A DNA stretch of 64,000 nucleotides from Pseudobacteriovorax antillogorgiicola (GTDB taxonomy: Bacteria; Bdellovibrionota_B; Oligoflexia; Oligoflexales; RGVZ01). A program made the position numbers and the translations under genes. This document shows, piece after piece, positions 19,674-29,592 of the stretch. Numbering within the stretch: the first letter of the stretch is position 1; every line of letters begins with the position of its first letter. Below the pieces are notes generated by a model that ran no database searches, was not told where the DNA came from, and was given only the letters and a program-made list of their open reading frames with translations. The stretch lies in NCBI GenBank assembly GCA_945865565.1, contig CAMBEK010000005.1:54056-118055 (forward strand). The letters are read 5' to 3'.

Positions 19674-20373
19674 AGATTGGTTGAAGTACGTGGCGGCCAT
19701 CACGAAGGTTTTCGTGGTGGCCGTTTTGCTTGGAGAATCCTTCGCGGCGGCAGACCATCTATTGGCCAAAGCAGGCCTTGCATCCGGCAACTTTGCATTC
19801 ATTGCGGGCCCCGCCCTTGTCCATCTTTTGATCGTAATCGCTGCCCTGATTCTTGTGGGGCAACCAAAACTAAACCTCCCGAAAAAAAACGCCGTGCGCT
19901 GGCTGATGCTCGCTGGCCCAGCCTGGCTCGCCTTGGCTGCCTCCGGGGCTGGCCTGACATCTACTTTTTTTCCTGGACCTGACTCGATACCGGGAGTCAC
20001 TCCAAACATCCCCTGGTGGATTGCCAGCATTTTACTGGCGCCGGTCCTTGAGGAGCTCGTGTACCGTGGACTACTTTCTCCAGTTTTCCGCCGGAGTTGC
20101 GGCAATTTGATGGGGAGCTATTTTGCGGCAATCCTGTTTGCCTGGGTTCATTCCAGGCCAACCTTGGCAGGAATTTTTGCTGGGCACGCCGGCGGGATCC
20201 CACCCGGCCCATTTCTGCTTGCCCTTGCTGCGGACTGGTTTTGCCTCAAAAGCGGCAGCATTTGGGTCGCCGTGGCGTTCCATGCCGCCTGCAACATCAC
20301 CCCCGCGCTGTTTAATGCGATCGATCCCCGCTGGCTGAGTTGGTTGGGAATGTTATACCAATGGGGTACTTGA
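19666..20373 (+). CDS. CPBP family intramembrane glutamic endopeptidase
   Basis: EELVYRG, FAWVH, HAACN. Confidence 0.88.
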   Translation: MREDWLKYVAAITKVFVVAVLLGESFAAADHLLAKAGLASGNFAFIAGPALVHLLIVIAALILVGQPKLNLPKKNAVRWLMLAGPAWLALAASGAGLTSTFFPGPDSIPGVTPNIPWWIASILLAPVLEELVYRGLLSPVFRRSCGNLMGSYFAAILFAWVHSRPTLAGIFAGHAGGIPPGPFLLALAADWFCLKSGSIWVAVAFHAACNITPALFNAIDPRWLSWLGMLYQWGT

Positions 20374-20414
20374 ACCGCGGAGATTGAATCTTCGCGAATG
20401 GTGGTGGACTCAAA

Positions 20415-20693
20415 ATGAGCGACGATCAGACAACTGCAGACGAAAAAATCAAACGAATCAAGCGCCTTGCAATGGTTGTCTGTATTTGCAAGGGCATACC
20501 GCTGGGCAAAGTTCTGCCCGCAATAAAAGCCTGTGACAATGTCGCTGATGTGAACCGGATGGCTGGAACAGGGACTGGCGGATGCAAGGGACAACGGTGC
20601 GGGCCGCGCATCAAAATGCTACTGCGCAAAAAACACGAACTTCAGTCTGATGATTCCAAAACCACGGAAACAGCATCTGACAGCGACGAATAA
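20415..20693 (+). CDS. BFD-like (2Fe-2S)-binding protein
   Basis: VCICKGI...GTGGCKGQRC. Confidence 0.8.
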   Translation: MSDDQTTADEKIKRIKRLAMVVCICKGIPLGKVLPAIKACDNVADVNRMAGTGTGGCKGQRCGPRIKMLLRKKHELQSDDSKTTETASDSDE

Positions 20694-21268
20694 ACTGCGA
20701 TATCCCCGGTTTCCAAAGACGTTGCAACGGTAATGTCCCTGCCCCTCTGGCTTTTCGCTTTGCTCAGGCGAACGTCGTCAGGCAAATCATAAGACAGGCT
20801 CTGAACATTTTGCACCAACATGGGCCTGGCACCGGCACGATGACCGCACAGGATGTCGGTCCATTTGTCGCCAATCATAAAACTTCTCTTTGAATCGATA
20901 TCCAAGGCCGAGCAGGCATCCGAAATCAATCCAATTGCCGGTTTTCTGCAGGCACAGTCAACATTGTAGGGAGCAACATGACCCTCCGGATGGTGCGGGC
21001 ATGTCTTGAACAGGTCAAGCACTGGGCCGCCGAGTCGCTGAATTTCTTTCTGCAAGGCGCTGTGAAATGCCTCGACCTCAGCCATGGAAAACTTGCCCCG
21101 CGCAATCCCGCTTTGATTGGTGATTACGACAAGTTTAAAACCTTTTGACTTCAGGCGCCCCAAGGCCTGTGGGACGCCTTCTGGAACAACCAAGTCTGCA
21201 ATCTGGAAGGTGTATCCGCGATCGACATTAAGGATGCCATCCCGGTCCAGAAAGACCGCGCGGTTCAT
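20642..21268 (-). CDS. gmhB: D,D-heptose 1,7-bisphosphate phosphatase (HAD)
   Basis: FLDRDG, ITNQSGIARG, CPHHP, CACRKP, MIGDK; ATG 21268 overlaps upstream stop. Confidence 0.92.
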   Translation of the reverse strand: MNRAVFLDRDGILNVDRGYTFQIADLVVPEGVPQALGRLKSKGFKLVVITNQSGIARGKFSMAEVEAFHSALQKEIQRLGGPVLDLFKTCPHHPEGHVAPYNVDCACRKPAIGLISDACSALDIDSKRSFMIGDKWTDILCGHRAGARPMLVQNVQSLSYDLPDDVRLSKAKSQRGRDITVATSLETGDIAVYSSLSDAVSVVLESSD

Positions 21269-21546
21269 TCGCTGGAACCAGCATTTGTCGAGAGCCACAG
21301 CCGGTCCTTTTCGGAAACGGCATAGGGGATCACTAATCTCATGATCTTTTTGTTGAGATCATCGAGAACCGTGCTGTCATCGCCAGAGGATGCCTTGAGG
21401 TCGTACTGCTTGAGTTGATCTTCAATTTGCCAATAGATGTCCACCGGCATGAGAAGTTCAATCAGAGGTCCGGTGGTTTTGATCGAATCCCGCTGCGTTG
21501 ATGCCAGCGAGATCCGATTGGCAATGACGAGGTACTTGCGAATCAT
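21265..21546 (-). CDS. Hypothetical protein
   Basis: 93-aa ORF overlapping the stop/start codons of both neighbours. Confidence 0.7.
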   Translation of the reverse strand: MIRKYLVIANRISLASTQRDSIKTTGPLIELLMPVDIYWQIEDQLKQYDLKASSGDDSTVLDDLNKKIMRLVIPYAVSEKDRLWLSTNAGSSE

Positions 21547-22226
21547 TAGCGTTTTTTGGCTGGCTTCGCGGCCGGCTTGGCGGCTGGCTTTGCTTTGCCT
21601 GGCTTGGCGCTGGCTTTTGCCGGTGCCTTTACTGCTTTGGCCGGAGCGGCTTTCTTGGCTGGAGCAGGAGCCGCTTTTTTCGCTGGCGCAGGAGCAGCTT
21701 TCTTCACCGGAGCAGGAGCCGCTTTTTTCGCTGGCGCCGCCTTCGCAGCAGGCGCGGCAGCCGCTTTCTCTGGTTTTTTCGGAGCCGCTTTCACGGGGGC
21801 AGCTTCTTTTTTTGGTGCCGCCTTAACATCTGGTTTAACAACCGGCTTTGCATCTTGTTTTGCTGGCTTTGACTTGGGAGCGATCACGGGATCGATGACC
21901 TGTCCTTCGGCCTTCAAAGCAACTTTTTTGCCTTTAACATGAGGAACGTCAGCCTTCGCGTCATCGTCTTCAGCAGCAACCAGCTCCATCTCATGAACCA
22001 TCTTGAACAGACGTTGCCACAGTGTGTCATCCTTTCGGAGCCACGACTGAAATAGTTTACGGGCCGGTCGATTCACCAGCGCATCGTCCGTAAAGTAGGT
22101 TGAAAAATCACGGGGTGATTTGCGTTGCTTCAGTTCCGTTACATGCTGCGCAAGAATCAGAAGTTCAGAACCACGAGCGCGCAAAACCAACGAATCTTGA
22201 ATCGGCATAATTTCAACTGGCTGCAA
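21546..22226 (-). CDS. Globular N-domain plus histone H1-like Lys/Ala/Pro tail
   Basis: Repeated KKAAPAP units; TTG start with GGGAG RBS. Confidence 0.75.
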   Translation of the reverse strand: MQPVEIMPIQDSLVLRARGSELLILAQHVTELKQRKSPRDFSTYFTDDALVNRPARKLFQSWLRKDDTLWQRLFKMVHEMELVAAEDDDAKADVPHVKGKKVALKAEGQVIDPVIAPKSKPAKQDAKPVVKPDVKAAPKKEAAPVKAAPKKPEKAAAAPAAKAAPAKKAAPAPVKKAAPAPAKKAAPAPAKKAAPAKAVKAPAKASAKPGKAKPAAKPAAKPAKKR

Positions 22227-22244
22227 GGTTCACTCCCATGAAAA

Positions 22245-23210
22245 TTAAGGCGACGGAACATCTACGTTTACTGCTTGTAGTGTTTTCTTTCTAGCCGAAA
22301 CACCAAGGACAGGCAAGGCAACCCCGCAAACAAGGACCAAACCTGCGCCAGCCAAGGCAGAAAGGTCTGGGTGGCGACCGAAAGCGAACACCGACCAACC
22401 AAGGTTGAGGACAGGCGTCACATAGCTCACGGCCGCATTTAACGCTGCTGGGGCGCTCTGATAGGCCGCGGTCAGAAAATATTGAGCCACACTGGCCATG
22501 ATTCCCGCCCCAACCAAAAATCCGTAGGTCTGGGAACTTTGCGGCCAGAGGATTTTAAAGCCGCTATTCCCAAAGAACTCTGCAGCGAAAACCATGATGT
22601 GCATCGCCAGGCCGATGACACAAAGGTAAAAAATCACTGTGTTTGAAGAATTACTGCGTCCTGCCCGCGCAATCATCAAATAGGCAAAAGCGGCCCAAAC
22701 TCCCGACAAGAGAGCGACAATGCGCCCCACCGGACTGTAATCCTCAAATCTTGGCTGGGCCAAAAAATAAAGGCCCACGGTCGCTCCCGCAATTGCAAGC
22801 CAAGTCAGCGCTGAATTTCGTTGCCGCAGCACAAGGGGCCCCAGCGCGGCGATCACAATGCTGTTGCTGGCATGCAAAAAGGATGTCTCCCCCACACCAA
22901 TGGCATGGATGCCGTACATTACAAAAATCAGGGAAAGGGCTCCAAAAAACCCGCGAAGCCAAAGAGAGGGCCTGCGATCGCCAGGAAGTTGCGACAAACT
23001 CCCGGCAAACCAGGCGGCACTTGCGACAATCAAGACATTGACCAGCAGACGTACAAAACTGGCGACCAGGGGCGACCCTTCAGGTTCAAGCAATTGAGCC
23101 TGATTGATCATTGCCCCCATAAAGGAAAAGAAAACGGATGCCATGACCATGCACAAAAGACCTTTGCGGGCACCTGCCTCAAGGGATTTTTCTTCAGGCT
23201 TTAGGTTCAA
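22245..23210 (-). CDS. DMT/EamA transporter
   Basis: About 10 TM helices in two EamA-like halves. Confidence 0.88.
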   Translation of the reverse strand: MNLKPEEKSLEAGARKGLLCMVMASVFFSFMGAMINQAQLLEPEGSPLVASFVRLLVNVLIVASAAWFAGSLSQLPGDRRPSLWLRGFFGALSLIFVMYGIHAIGVGETSFLHASNSIVIAALGPLVLRQRNSALTWLAIAGATVGLYFLAQPRFEDYSPVGRIVALLSGVWAAFAYLMIARAGRSNSSNTVIFYLCVIGLAMHIMVFAAEFFGNSGFKILWPQSSQTYGFLVGAGIMASVAQYFLTAAYQSAPAALNAAVSYVTPVLNLGWSVFAFGRHPDLSALAGAGLVLVCGVALPVLGVSARKKTLQAVNVDVPSP

Positions 23211-23736
23211 CCGTCACAGTCGCTTTCTTGATGGTGACGTCCTCAACGGGGCGATCGCGATCATCGGTTTCCACTCCACCAATCGCCTTGACCACGGCCA
23301 GGCTGGCCTCGTCGGCCGTGTTGCCGAACGCCGTGTACTGCCTGTCCAAGAAGGCTGCCTTACCCAAGCAAAGAAAAAATTGCGAGCCACCAGAATCTGG
23401 ATCCTGAGACCGCGCCATCGACAACACACCGGCCACATGCGGCGTTTCATTGAACTCTGCCTTGACCCGGTAGCCTGGGCCGCCCGTGCCAACGCCCTCT
23501 GGGCAACCCGCCTGGATCACAAACCCTGGCACGATGCGGTGGAAGATGATTCCATCGTAAAACCCGCTGCGCGCGAGGCCAATGATGTTCTTGCAATGCG
23601 CGGGGGCCACTTCAGGCAGGAGATCAAGGGAGATCGTCCCGGCAGTGGTGTCCAAATGAACCTGGTAGCGGTTCGCAGAGAAATCGATGTCTTTCTGGGC
23701 AATCTCAACGTCAGACTTGAAATTCTTCTCAAACAT
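23194..23736 (-). CDS. Cyclophilin-type peptidyl-prolyl isomerase
   Basis: FYDGIIFHRIVPGFVIQAG, LSMAR, GSQFF, LDRQYTAFG. Confidence 0.95.
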   Translation of the reverse strand: MFEKNFKSDVEIAQKDIDFSANRYQVHLDTTAGTISLDLLPEVAPAHCKNIIGLARSGFYDGIIFHRIVPGFVIQAGCPEGVGTGGPGYRVKAEFNETPHVAGVLSMARSQDPDSGGSQFFLCLGKAAFLDRQYTAFGNTADEASLAVVKAIGGVETDDRDRPVEDVTIKKATVTVEPKA

Positions 23737-23872
23737 TCTGGTACCTTTCTCTTGGCTGGCAGCCCTGATTTTTCATCGGGAAAGGGCCTCCGTCTGGTCA
23801 AACTCCCGCGGGGATCATATACTAGACTGAACTCTTCTCAAGTTGAAAACTCAGTCCTGAAAGGACCTCATC

Positions 23873-25267
23873 TTGGACGTAAAATTGGACCTGAAAAGGG
23901 CTCTCCGGCATCAGGGAACCGCCATTTTTACCTTTACCGCAGCCTGTTTGGCTCCCACTGCCTCTGCAAACATCATTGGCAACGACACCCAAAACTTCAA
24001 TCCGACCACAAACGGGCTTGATTTCGTAACCGTCCAGTCATCCGAAACCCTTGACCCAGGCATTATTAACTTCGGTCTTTTTTTGAATCATGCCCGCAAC
24101 ACCTTGCCACGCCTACGTGACCGGGACACCAACGAATTCCCGGCAAAAAGCGGCGACCAGCTCCTCGGGATGGACCTCAACATCGGCGCAGGAATCCTGC
24201 CGAACCTGGACCTTGGACTCTCACTGCCACAGATTTTGGACCAAAAGGTCGACGACACTGATTCCGCGCGGGGCCAATTTTCCCAAAGGGGTAACACCGA
24301 GGTCCGGGTCAATGCCAAGTATCGTCTGACCGGAACCGATACCGGCGGCTTTGCAATGGCAGGTTCAATCAACTTCAACCGCCTCAAAAACAATCCTTAT
24401 GCGGGAAAAAACAGCAGCCCGACCCTGAACATCGAGGCTCTGGCCGATACAACCTGGAAAGAATTCGCCCTGGCACTTAACGTCGGCTACCGGTGGCGCG
24501 ATAAAGGCGATGAAATTTATGCCGGAAGCCCCATCGATCCGTTGGGCAATCAATGGCTCGCCTCGACGGCAGCAAGCTACCGTTTTGACCAATATGACAC
24601 CAAGGCCATCGCGGAAATTTTCACCAGCTGGCCTGTGGTCAAATCCGGCGACAACACCAACCGGGCCAGTTCTGCCGCGGAACTTCTGATCGGCGCCAAG
24701 CACGATGTCAGCCACAACCTTGCAATCCACGCTGGACTGGGCCGCGAATTATCCCAAGGAATCAGTTCGCCGGACCTTCGGATTTACGCAGGCCTTAACT
24801 GGACCATGGGACCCGAGTTCCAGCGCCACAATGAACCGACAACACCAGATGAAGCGCAACCGAAGAAAATGCCGAAGCCGGCCACAGACCCGTTCGCGCT
24901 GCCGCCCAAGGCCGAAGAAAAAATTATCGTCAATGACCTCTTGTTCGCTTTTGACAGCGACAAAGAAATCGTCAATGACCCGCATTCCATCTTGGCCAGG
25001 CTCGTTGTGCATCTGAAAAAAGGTCCAGGCTGGAAAAAGTTGATCATCGATGGCTACACCGACAGCCTTGGCAATGATCAATACAATTTAACCCTGAGCT
25101 ACCGTCGCGCCAGCAACATTCGCAAGCGCCTGATCGAAGAATTCAAACTCGAGCCGAACAAGATCATGGCCGTTGGCCACGGCGAGGAAAACCCCATTGC
25201 CAAAAACAACAATTTCCAAGGACGTCGCTTGAACCGTCGGGTTGAGCTGCGCATTTTCCGCAAGTAA
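23873..25267 (+). CDS. Beta-barrel plus OmpA-C outer membrane protein
   Basis: Signal peptide, beta-strand-rich N-region, FAFDS, GYTDSLG, LSYRRA, NRRVE. Confidence 0.88.
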   Translation: MDVKLDLKRALRHQGTAIFTFTAACLAPTASANIIGNDTQNFNPTTNGLDFVTVQSSETLDPGIINFGLFLNHARNTLPRLRDRDTNEFPAKSGDQLLGMDLNIGAGILPNLDLGLSLPQILDQKVDDTDSARGQFSQRGNTEVRVNAKYRLTGTDTGGFAMAGSINFNRLKNNPYAGKNSSPTLNIEALADTTWKEFALALNVGYRWRDKGDEIYAGSPIDPLGNQWLASTAASYRFDQYDTKAIAEIFTSWPVVKSGDNTNRASSAAELLIGAKHDVSHNLAIHAGLGRELSQGISSPDLRIYAGLNWTMGPEFQRHNEPTTPDEAQPKKMPKPATDPFALPPKAEEKIIVNDLLFAFDSDKEIVNDPHSILARLVVHLKKGPGWKKLIIDGYTDSLGNDQYNLTLSYRRASNIRKRLIEEFKLEPNKIMAVGHGEENPIAKNNNFQGRRLNRRVELRIFRK

Positions 25268-25283
25268 CGGAGGCATTGACGCC

Positions 25284-26159
25284 ATGAAAAAAATCCCCAA
25301 GGCCACGGCGCTGACAAATTCAGTCATGATGCCAGTGATCTTCACGTTCATCACAGCCATCTCGGGATGCCGCGCTGCAGGATACGAGATCATTGACCCC
25401 GTGAAAAATCGGGAACGTCCTGCTGGTCCGACCGATGCCACGGCAAGCCTGCTGCCATCCGCCAGGCTCGAGATCGTTCAGGCGGGCAAGATGATTGGCG
25501 TGACCAGAACCAACCAGGGGGTTGTTTTTCGCCCATCAGCAGACACGGTGGATCCGGATTATGTTGGCAAGAGCCCATGTGCCAATCCCGGCATCAACTC
25601 GGCTGAATACCAGATCAGCATCGACGGCCAGCGCGTGGCGAGCACAAGGCAACGCGGCTGCGAGCCCCTTGAGGTTCCCTATGCTTTCGCCAAAATCGGG
25701 GCGCAAAACGTTACCCTGAAGGTCGTCAGCGCCGATGGCGAAACCGCCACGGCATCGCAAACCGTCCGCGTCGTGGACAATGACCCCTGCTGCGCTGTTC
25801 CCGCGCCGGCTGTTTTTGTGACCGCGGCACCATTGGTTGCCTACCCGGCGGAGCAGGTCAGTGTGCAGGCAAAGTGCCTTGCCACCGAGGCGGGTACGAT
25901 CACCTGGACTTTCGGCGACGGAGCCACTTCCCTGGGCGGAATTTCCACCCACGCCTTTGACAAAGTCGGGCAGTACCTGATTACAGCCACTTGCACCCTT
26001 GGAAATGGCCAAAAAGCCAAAGCCACAGTGACCGTTTCAGTGATACCTTCCGGCCGGCCGCGCCCAGCCGGCGGAACACCAACCTTGCCCAGCGTGATTG
26101 AGCTCGGAATGCCACCGTCGCAGGTTCCGCCCAACCAGTCGGACCCAAGTCAAAATTGA
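25284..26159 (+). CDS. PKD-domain lipoprotein
   Basis: Lipobox-like ISGC; WTFGDG...HAFDKVGQY PKD motif; GGAGG upstream. Confidence 0.75.
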   Translation: MKKIPKATALTNSVMMPVIFTFITAISGCRAAGYEIIDPVKNRERPAGPTDATASLLPSARLEIVQAGKMIGVTRTNQGVVFRPSADTVDPDYVGKSPCANPGINSAEYQISIDGQRVASTRQRGCEPLEVPYAFAKIGAQNVTLKVVSADGETATASQTVRVVDNDPCCAVPAPAVFVTAAPLVAYPAEQVSVQAKCLATEAGTITWTFGDGATSLGGISTHAFDKVGQYLITATCTLGNGQKAKATVTVSVIPSGRPRPAGGTPTLPSVIELGMPPSQVPPNQSDPSQN

Positions 26160-26177
26160 AAGTCACTTGAAAGCCCC

Positions 26178-27437
26178 ATGACAAAAAACCCTGAATCGAA
26201 CGCCGCATCGAACCCTGACTCAATCCAAGCCATCGTCACTTGCCCCGACGAAACCAAGGAAGTTCTAGCGGCCGAACTCCGGGCTTTGGGCGTCACCGAC
26301 ATCGATGTCCGCTACCGTGCCGTGGCCTGCACCGTTCCGGACCTTGAAACTTTTTATGAATTGCATCTGAAACTGCGGACCGCCAGCCGGATCTTCCGCG
26401 TTGTCAAGGAATTTGCTGCCCATACAGAACAGATGCTGGGCGATCAGGCCAAACGCATCCGTTGGGCCGATTGGTTTTTACCGGAGCGAACCTTCCTGGT
26501 TGAAGGCGTTCCAGCAGACCGCGGGCCGGGCGTGATGGGATCGAATGCCATCAGCAAGACGATCCGCGAAAGTCTGCAGGCTGCTTTTGCCCAACACACG
26601 GGAAAAGTCCCAAAGGTTGACCTCAAAGACCCGAAGGTCATTGTCGTTGCCTTCATCCAAAAAGGCCGCTGCACGCTCAGTTTGGATACGACAGGAAAAA
26701 CCCTGCACAAACGCGGCTACCGCACGGAAGGCCATCCGGCCCCAATCAAAGAGACCTTGGCCTGTGCCATTTTGGATTTGGCAGGTTATGACGGAACCCA
26801 GGCGCTCCTCGATCCGATGTGCGGCAGCGGCACCATTGCCATCGAAGCCGCCTACCGGGGGCTGCACAAGGCCGCACACATTCACCGCAAAAAGGGCGAG
26901 TTTGGTTTTGAGTGGTTGAAAGATTTCGACAACGACATCTGGCGGAAAGTCTCGGACCGCGTTCGTGGCGAGCGCCTGGAATCGCTGCCGGCACCGATTG
27001 TCGCCTCAGACATCAGCGAAAAGTATGTCGAGATGGCTCGCGAGAACGCACTGCGTGCCCGAGTGGAACGAGACATCCAATTCCAGGCTGGAAGGATTGA
27101 GGACGCCCGCCCCCATGCCGAGACGGGATTACTTGTCGCAAACTTGCCTTACGGCGCGCGCCTGGGCAAAGGCGATGATGAAGCCTTGAGTCAACTCTAC
27201 GAAGAGATTGGCGACAATCTGAAAAAGAACTTCAAGGGTTGGCGTGCTGCATTACTGGTGGCCGAAGAATCGCCTTGGAAATTCATTGGCCTCAAGCCCA
27301 CACGGCGCATCCCTCTCATGAACGGCAGCATCAAAGCCAAACTTTTGATCTACGACATGTACGCCGGTACGAAAAGAAGGCCGAAGGACGAAGAAACCCA
27401 GAATGACGAGGCCAACTCAGGGCATGCGGCTGACTGA
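26178..27437 (+). CDS. THUMP-domain rRNA guanine methyltransferase (RlmL-like)
   Basis: LRTASR, LHKRGYR, APIKETLA, DPMCGSGTIAIEAA, NLPYG. Confidence 0.9.
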   Translation: MTKNPESNAASNPDSIQAIVTCPDETKEVLAAELRALGVTDIDVRYRAVACTVPDLETFYELHLKLRTASRIFRVVKEFAAHTEQMLGDQAKRIRWADWFLPERTFLVEGVPADRGPGVMGSNAISKTIRESLQAAFAQHTGKVPKVDLKDPKVIVVAFIQKGRCTLSLDTTGKTLHKRGYRTEGHPAPIKETLACAILDLAGYDGTQALLDPMCGSGTIAIEAAYRGLHKAAHIHRKKGEFGFEWLKDFDNDIWRKVSDRVRGERLESLPAPIVASDISEKYVEMARENALRARVERDIQFQAGRIEDARPHAETGLLVANLPYGARLGKGDDEALSQLYEEIGDNLKKNFKGWRAALLVAEESPWKFIGLKPTRRIPLMNGSIKAKLLIYDMYAGTKRRPKDEETQNDEANSGHAAD

Positions 27438-27714
27438 CCACGAAATTGATTCCATCAAGACGGCGGTTCATCATTTTGATCCCGAGGCCCAGATTTTTAT
27501 TTTTGGATCCCGCGCCCATGACAGCGCCGCAGGTGGCGACATCGATTTATTGATTGAATCAAAAACGATTCAATTCGATAATCGTATTTCGATATTGGCG
27601 GCCATCAAGAAGATGATTGGCGAACAGAAAATTGATTTGTTGGTATCGAAAGGGATCGACAACGATATTGATCCCTTTATTCAGTCGATCAGAAAAGAAA
27701 TGAAACAACTTTGA
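27424..27714 (+). CDS. Minimal nucleotidyltransferase (MNT) antitoxin
   Basis: FGSRAHDSAAGGDIDLL (GS-X10-DXD), KIDL. Confidence 0.88.
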   Translation: MRLTDHEIDSIKTAVHHFDPEAQIFIFGSRAHDSAAGGDIDLLIESKTIQFDNRISILAAIKKMIGEQKIDLLVSKGIDNDIDPFIQSIRKEMKQL

Positions 27715-28160
27715 CTAAAAAACCTTCACAGCTACTTTTGGAAAAATACTCGCAGCAGGCGGATAAAGCAGCGCATTGGTTAAGACGGTCACTACAAAAA
27801 TCCACCTCATTTCAAATTTCAGACAAACTGACAGAATCAGAATTTGATGTTTTAGAAAATTTGACATCACGTTTTGCAAGGCTATGTGACATTTTGTTTC
27901 AAAAAGTGTTCCGGGCCATCGATTCAACAGAACTGGAATCGCCCGGTACGATTATCGATGTTTTGAATCGGGCCGCAAAACGCGGAATCGTCGCCAACGA
28001 CCATCTGGCCAGGGAATTGCGTGAATTACGCAACACCATCGCGCACGAATACACGGAAGAGCAGTTAGTAGAGTTGTTTAAAAAAATACGCAAGGTCAGC
28101 CCAGACCTTCTTGAGATTCACGAAAATACAAAAAAATACCTGGCTGCGCACCAAGCCTGA
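27711..28160 (+). CDS. HEPN toxin (HepT/HI0074-like)
   Basis: RNTIAHEY (RX4HXY); start overlaps MNT stop. Confidence 0.88.
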   Translation: MTKKPSQLLLEKYSQQADKAAHWLRRSLQKSTSFQISDKLTESEFDVLENLTSRFARLCDILFQKVFRAIDSTELESPGTIIDVLNRAAKRGIVANDHLARELRELRNTIAHEYTEEQLVELFKKIRKVSPDLLEIHENTKKYLAAHQA

Positions 28161-28242
28161 GCATCCAGTCGTAGCCTCAAAACCAGGAATTCACCTCCGT
28201 TCGTACCCCTTACATTAGAGGGCTTTCCGGGGTATTATATTT

Positions 28243-28282
28243 TGTCAGGACGATGTGACATTTTTGTCAGATCGACATGACA
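28243..28282. promoter_or_regulatory. Two tandem palindromes TGTCA-N8-TGACA
   Basis: 28243-28260 and 28265-28282, just downstream of a TATTAT -10-like box. Confidence 0.6.
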
Positions 28283-28306
28283 AAATAATAAAAACAGGAT
28301 AAATGC

Positions 28307-29464
28307 TTGATAAGATTGAAGTTATCGGAACTCATCGAGTCCCGCCTCCAGGGCGAAGCAAACCTCATTCAGGTCATTATTGGACCACGGCAGGTAGGTA
28401 AAACCACCGCCGTTCAGCAGGCTCTAGCCGCTCTGCCCACGACGACTCCGCGCCATTACGCCACAGCCGACGCCGTCTTCAGAAGCGACTGGAGTTGGAT
28501 TGAGCGTCAATGGCACGAAGCAATTCAACTTGGATCAAACGCTGTTTTAGTTTTGGACGAAATTCAAAAAATCGATGCCTGGTCCGAGCTGATTAAAAAA
28601 CTGTGGGACGAAAATCGCCGCAAGGATGTCCAGCTCCGTGTTGTGCTTCTAGGCTCAAGTTCACTGGCTCTCCAATCTGGTCTATCGGAGAGTATGACCG
28701 GACGGTTTGAGCTGATTCGAGCCTATCATTGGAATTTTCTGGAGACCAAGGCCGCCTTTGGCAACGGCTTAGATGATTACCTGATTTTTGGCGGATATCC
28801 TGGGGCAGAGGCTCTCAAAGATGATGAGTTTCGTTGGTTTTCATTCCTGAAAAATTCCATCGTTGAAACGGTCATCGATAAAGACATCCTTCAACTTCGC
28901 AAAGTTGAACGACCCGCATTATTCAAACAAGTTTTTGAGCTGGCCTGCGGTTATCCGGCACAGGAAATCAGCCTCCGGAAGCTCGTCGGACAGTTGCAGG
29001 ATCCTGGCAGTGTCGAGACCGTAAAACACTACCTCGAACTACTGGAGGGTGCCTTTCTGATCAAGACTCTGCAAAAGTACAGCACAAACCTGATTCAGAA
29101 AAAGTCCTCCAGCCCCAAGATCCTTCCGATGTGCCCAGCGCTATGCACCTTCTCCCGCGGGGAGGCACAGTTAAGCAGCGAAGATCGCGGCCGGATATTT
29201 GAGTTGGTGGTTGGACTTGATTTGATGAGACTTCAAGGCACGCTATATTATTGGCGGGACGGTAATGACGAAGTGGATTTCGTCTATCGGATTGGCAAAA
29301 AAGTTTACGCGATCGAGGTAAAATCAGGGCGCAAAAAATCAGTCAACGGACTGGCCCGATTTCGCGAGGAATTCCAAGGCTCATGCGGGATCGTGATCAC
29401 TCCCGACAATTATCTTGATTTCGCCACGAATCCGGCCGATTTCTTGTCCAGGTTTTCCTCGTAA
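28307..29464 (+). CDS. AAA_14 ATPase with DUF4143 domain
   Basis: GPRQVGKTT, LVLDEIQ, GGYP, EVDFV...IEVKSG. Confidence 0.9.
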   Translation: MIRLKLSELIESRLQGEANLIQVIIGPRQVGKTTAVQQALAALPTTTPRHYATADAVFRSDWSWIERQWHEAIQLGSNAVLVLDEIQKIDAWSELIKKLWDENRRKDVQLRVVLLGSSSLALQSGLSESMTGRFELIRAYHWNFLETKAAFGNGLDDYLIFGGYPGAEALKDDEFRWFSFLKNSIVETVIDKDILQLRKVERPALFKQVFELACGYPAQEISLRKLVGQLQDPGSVETVKHYLELLEGAFLIKTLQKYSTNLIQKKSSSPKILPMCPALCTFSRGEAQLSSEDRGRIFELVVGLDLMRLQGTLYYWRDGNDEVDFVYRIGKKVYAIEVKSGRKKSVNGLARFREEFQGSCGIVITPDNYLDFATNPADFLSRFSS

Positions 29465-29592
29465 TCATGACCGGTTGTCGAAGAGTGAAGGCAGACTCAT
29501 CGACCCAATCTTTCTGACATCGCTAAGCCGCGATCCATTGAGGACATCGTGAAGTGTGATTGAATTTCGTACAATCCTGCTGATGTTCTTGT

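Noticed and set aside
21556..21942. Hydrophobic Ala/Gly/Phe-repeat ORF
   Set aside because: Reverse complement of the KKAAPA repeats.
23104..24021. 305-aa plus-strand ORF
   Set aside because: Antisense shadow of the cyclophilin gene with no motifs.
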